From contig CAZHZE010000002.1 in NCBI GenBank assembly GCA_964537265.1, forward strand, positions 21,395 through 85,394: a stretch of DNA of 64,000 nucleotides, in the 5' to 3' direction. Every line of letters starts with the position of its first letter. The stretch's first letter is position 1. Position numbers and translations under genes: made by a program. Under the pieces are notes generated by a model. That model was given only the letters and a program-made list of their open reading frames with translations, had not been told where the DNA came from and ran no database searches. This DNA is from an uncultured Gammaproteobacteria bacterium (lineage in GTDB: Bacteria > Patescibacteriota > Patescibacteriia > Patescibacteriales > GWC2-42-12). Positions 61,227 to 64,000 of the stretch are shown piece after piece.

Positions 61227-64000
61227 ATGCGTCGTTTACAATCTGATAATTATAAAAAGTTAGTGCCTCTTAAAAGGATAGCCGAAGCCAGTTCTTATAG
61301 TTTGGGCTATGTTTCTATTTTGGTGCAAAGAAAGAAGCTCAAGGCTAAAAAAATTGGCAACAAATATTATTCAACGCAAGAATGGTTCAATCAATATTTA
61401 GAACTCCATGCGCGAGACGAAAAACGAATAACCTCGGAAATGACGAAAGATTTGCCGTTAGACATTTCAGAAAGCCAGTTAGACAAGAAACTAGATGAAT
61501 CCAATAAAGCAAAAAATTATATTGATAGCTTAGTTGAACAAGCGGTTGAAGAAAAAATAAATTTATTTGAGAAAAAAATATTTTCCGAAAGAAAAAGTGG
61601 CATTAAAAATTCTTATATAACCCCTAGCGGTCAATTAAAAACCGAAGAAAAAAATTTAGCTGAAATTTTAAATAGCGCCATTGATGTTCCCGAAGCAAGA
61701 CTGATCGCTGACTTTATTGAACCAGAAATAAGATTAGGAGTTAAATGGCAAAAAAATTTGCATCAAGAAACAAAAGATTTTTTAGCCCAGCAAAAGCAAG
61801 CCGTTAAAAAAAATAACGTCTTTAATAGAAAAGAAAAGGCAATTAATTTATTAGAAAAAACAAACAAAATATTTTTACCCGTTGCTTTATTGGCGAGCGA
61901 AAATTTAAAAGGACTAAAAAAATTATTTGATTTAGCTAAAAATAAATTTTTAATTTTAGGCGCTTATTTTATAAAGGCTATTTCTAATAGCATAAAAGCA
62001 GTTGATAATTTTTTCTCTGAAGTTAAAACGCTAATCAAAGAAAAAATAAAACCGAATTTATTTTTTAAAACTAGATATTTAAAAACCGCTGTTGCAACTT
62101 TAATTATAATTTTAGCTTTAGTTTCTTTAGCTTCTCTAAAGCAAACCGCTATCTTTAACCAAAACACTAAAAGAATTTTTAATAATATAGCCGCGCAGAT
62201 AGACAAACCGCTAGATAATTTTAAAAAACTTTTCATTAACAATAGCCATGTAATCCCGGGAGAGTCTTTAGTAAAAAATAGCAAGAACTCTTTAGATAGT
62301 TTATTTTTAAATTTAGCCGATCAAACAAGGTCGGCTAGTTTAAGTTTGGAAAATAATATTAGCTACCGTAATAAAGTTTTAGCTAGAAGGTTAGGTAGTA
62401 TAAAAAATCAAGTTTTATTTATAGTTGGTTTTTGGCAGGATAAATATGAAAATAATATTAGCCAGCCAGTTGGGTTAATCGGCAACCAATTTTTTAGCTT
62501 AAAGACAACTTTAAATATTTTACCTGATAAAATTTCTAATTTTAGTAAAGGAAGTTTGGCGGTTTTACATAGTTTTATAAATTATCAAGGCGAGTCAATC
62601 GGCGATATAGCTTATTTAATTCAAGAAAAATTTAACATTTTTTATTTGCCAGCGCAGACAAATAAAATCAGCCAAACAAAAGGCAGGGTTGCTGGAGTTT
62701 CTGAAGCTGCTCCGGCTTTTTCTTCTCCGATTCCGCGCCTTTTAGCTTTGGCCGATATAACTTCCCGACGCGGCCAGCAGGTTATTAGTAACACAAAATA
62801 TAATACAGTAGCGGTTTTAGAGGGCGTAGCTGATAAGCAAAAATCTTTATCTTTGGATTTAGGAAAAAAATTAGCCAGACTTACTTTATCTGCGGCTAAG
62901 GGAGTTGGTTTTGTATCGCAGAGTAGCCAAGACAAATTAGCGCAAGCCGAAGATACAATTAATCAGACAAATAGTTCAATTCAAGAATATAATAACAATG
63001 GAAAAAAATATTTAACTTTTGAGGCCAATCGTTCTTTATGGTCTATTTACAACCTATATTCAAAATTTATTGATAAAATTTTGCCAGATCAAATAAAAGA
63101 AAAATATGCGAAATATTATTTTGTCCCCCAAGAGGATCAAAATAATAAATCAGATAATAAAATTAGCGCACAACAGCAAATAGTTGTAGAAAAGCCGATA
63201 AAGCAAACCGCGATTATTCAAAGTAGCCCGCAACTTAGCAATTCAATTAAAAATTTATCTATCTCTGACAATACCGCTATCGGCGGGGCTTTAAATGTTA
63301 GCGGCCCGGTTAGTTTTAAAGATAATTTAACGGTTGTCGGCCAAAGCGAATTTTTAAACGATGTATTAGTACATACTTCTCTAACAGTTAAAGATCTAAT
63401 AATCACCGGTTCAATTAAATTTGCCGGTTCCACCATAACCGGCTGGCCATTAGCTACCAGTACGCAAATAACTTACAACAATACTATTATTAACAGCACT
63501 GTTTCAGCCGGCCATACTGAAGTCCCAAGCCTAGGCTCTACCGGCCCGGTCGGTTCGCAAAGCCTATCGGCCGGAGAAGGCGGATTAACCGTTGGCGGTG
63601 ATACTCATTTAAACGGCGAAAATGTTTTAATCGCCGGAGCGGTTGATTTAAATAATTTGTTAGACATAGATCACAATGGCTTAGCTTTAAGCATCGGCGA
63701 CGGCACTACTGATACTTTTACGGTTAATACCAGCGATGATATAGTTACTATCGCCGCCACTTTAAACCATACCGGTGTCTCTCAATTTACCGGCGATATG
63801 GATTTAAACGGCGCCCTGGATTTAGACGTAGCTTCAACTTCAGCTTTGACTGTGGGTGACGGCGCTAATAACAATATCAATATTGATACTATTAATGACA
63901 TTTTAACTTTCGGTAATAGTTCAACTACGGACCAAATGATTTTAAATATTAAGGATTTAACTCTTAATTCCGCCAGTTCCACTACGGCTTTAACCGTCAG
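61227..64000 (+). CDS. giant protein (3'-truncated by window): N-terminal excisionase-type HTH, TM helix, long extracytoplasmic region ending in beta-helix/fibre-like repeats
   Basis: Missing from the ORF track because there is no stop in the window. I read the frame (positions = 0 mod 3) codon by codon from ATG 61227 to 64000 and found no stop (>924 aa). The four minus-strand track ORFs in this region are shadows of it. Confidence 0.85.
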   Translation, partial: MRRLQSDNYKKLVPLKRIAEASSYSLGYVSILVQRKKLKAKKIGNKYYSTQEWFNQYLELHARDEKRITSEMTKDLPLDISESQLDKKLDESNKAKNYIDSLVEQAVEEKINLFEKKIFSERKSGIKNSYITPSGQLKTEEKNLAEILNSAIDVPEARLIADFIEPEIRLGVKWQKNLHQETKDFLAQQKQAVKKNNVFNRKEKAINLLEKTNKIFLPVALLASENLKGLKKLFDLAKNKFLILGAYFIKAISNSIKAVDNFFSEVKTLIKEKIKPNLFFKTRYLKTAVATLIIILALVSLASLKQTAIFNQNTKRIFNNIAAQIDKPLDNFKKLFINNSHVIPGESLVKNSKNSLDSLFLNLADQTRSASLSLENNISYRNKVLARRLGSIKNQVLFIVGFWQDKYENNISQPVGLIGNQFFSLKTTLNILPDKISNFSKGSLAVLHSFINYQGESIGDIAYLIQEKFNIFYLPAQTNKISQTKGRVAGVSEAAPAFSSPIPRLLALADITSRRGQQVISNTKYNTVAVLEGVADKQKSLSLDLGKKLARLTLSAAKGVGFVSQSSQDKLAQAEDTINQTNSSIQEYNNNGKKYLTFEANRSLWSIYNLYSKFIDKILPDQIKEKYAKYYFVPQEDQNNKSDNKISAQQQIVVEKPIKQTAIIQSSPQLSNSIKNLSISDNTAIGGALNVSGPVSFKDNLTVVGQSEFLNDVLVHTSLTVKDLIITGSIKFAGSTITGWPLATSTQITYNNTIINSTVSAGHTEVPSLGSTGPVGSQSLSAGEGGLTVGGDTHLNGENVLIAGAVDLNNLLDIDHNGLALSIGDGTTDTFTVNTSDDIVTIAATLNHTGVSQFTGDMDLNGALDLDVASTSALTVGDGANNNINIDTINDILTFGNSSTTDQMILNIKDLTLNSASSTTALTV

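Noticed and set aside
61964-63982. Four minus-strand ORFs (61964-62284, 62642-62935, 63218-63436, 63782-63982)
   Set aside because: They are antisense shadows of the long uninterrupted + strand ORF starting at 61227.
1-64000. CRISPR arrays, transposases, integrases, restriction-modification or known defence operons; alternative genetic code
   Set aside because: I saw no spaced direct-repeat array and no such gene families. All long ORFs are intact under the standard code with TAA/TAG/TGA as stops, so there is no sign of UGA recoding.

Overview
This is a very AT-rich bacterial chromosome segment, roughly 25-30% GC on 60-nt stretches I counted by hand. It is densely packed with housekeeping genes on both strands: smpB and tmRNA, infC-rpmI-rplT, secG, rnj, polA, murD, holA, rpsT, lgt, ppsA, pyrH, ftsK, gyrA, uvrA/B/C, valS, tyrS, argS, murI and rmuC, plus 7 tRNAs. 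Several features point to a Candidate Phyla Radiation / Patescibacteria-type genome, though that is inference only. These are mostly Shine-Dalgarno-less starts, a lamin-tail/PKD surface protein, an archaeal-type UMP kinase, shortened UvrB/UvrC, and a giant HTH-TM-fibre protein.

I saw no CRISPR array, transposase, integrase or recognisable defence operon. The unexplained signal is almost entirely non-coding:
- A ~115-nt modular intergenic cassette occurs in 4 full copies, and its hairpin shows compensatory base changes.
- Three orphan transcription units (25.3 kb, 36.7 kb, 53.0 kb) have near-consensus TTGACA-17-TAnnnT promoters and intrinsic terminators but no ORF. The 53-kb unit is a ~460-nt RNA with at least 9 helices.
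- A degenerate tRNA-Val-like RNA locus sits at the edge of a GC-rich islet, 1.8 kb from the intact tRNA-Val.
- GC-rich GTCATT... hairpins end 10-14 nt upstream of three start codons.
- A frame-independent 25-nt motif is shared by the polA and tyrS coding sequences.

The ORF track missed four genes. Three are under 60 aa: a ferredoxin, a LysW-like zinc ribbon, and an SD-led basic peptide. The fourth is a >924-aa ORF that runs off the 3' edge of the window.

All family assignments come from motif recognition by eye. No database search was run.
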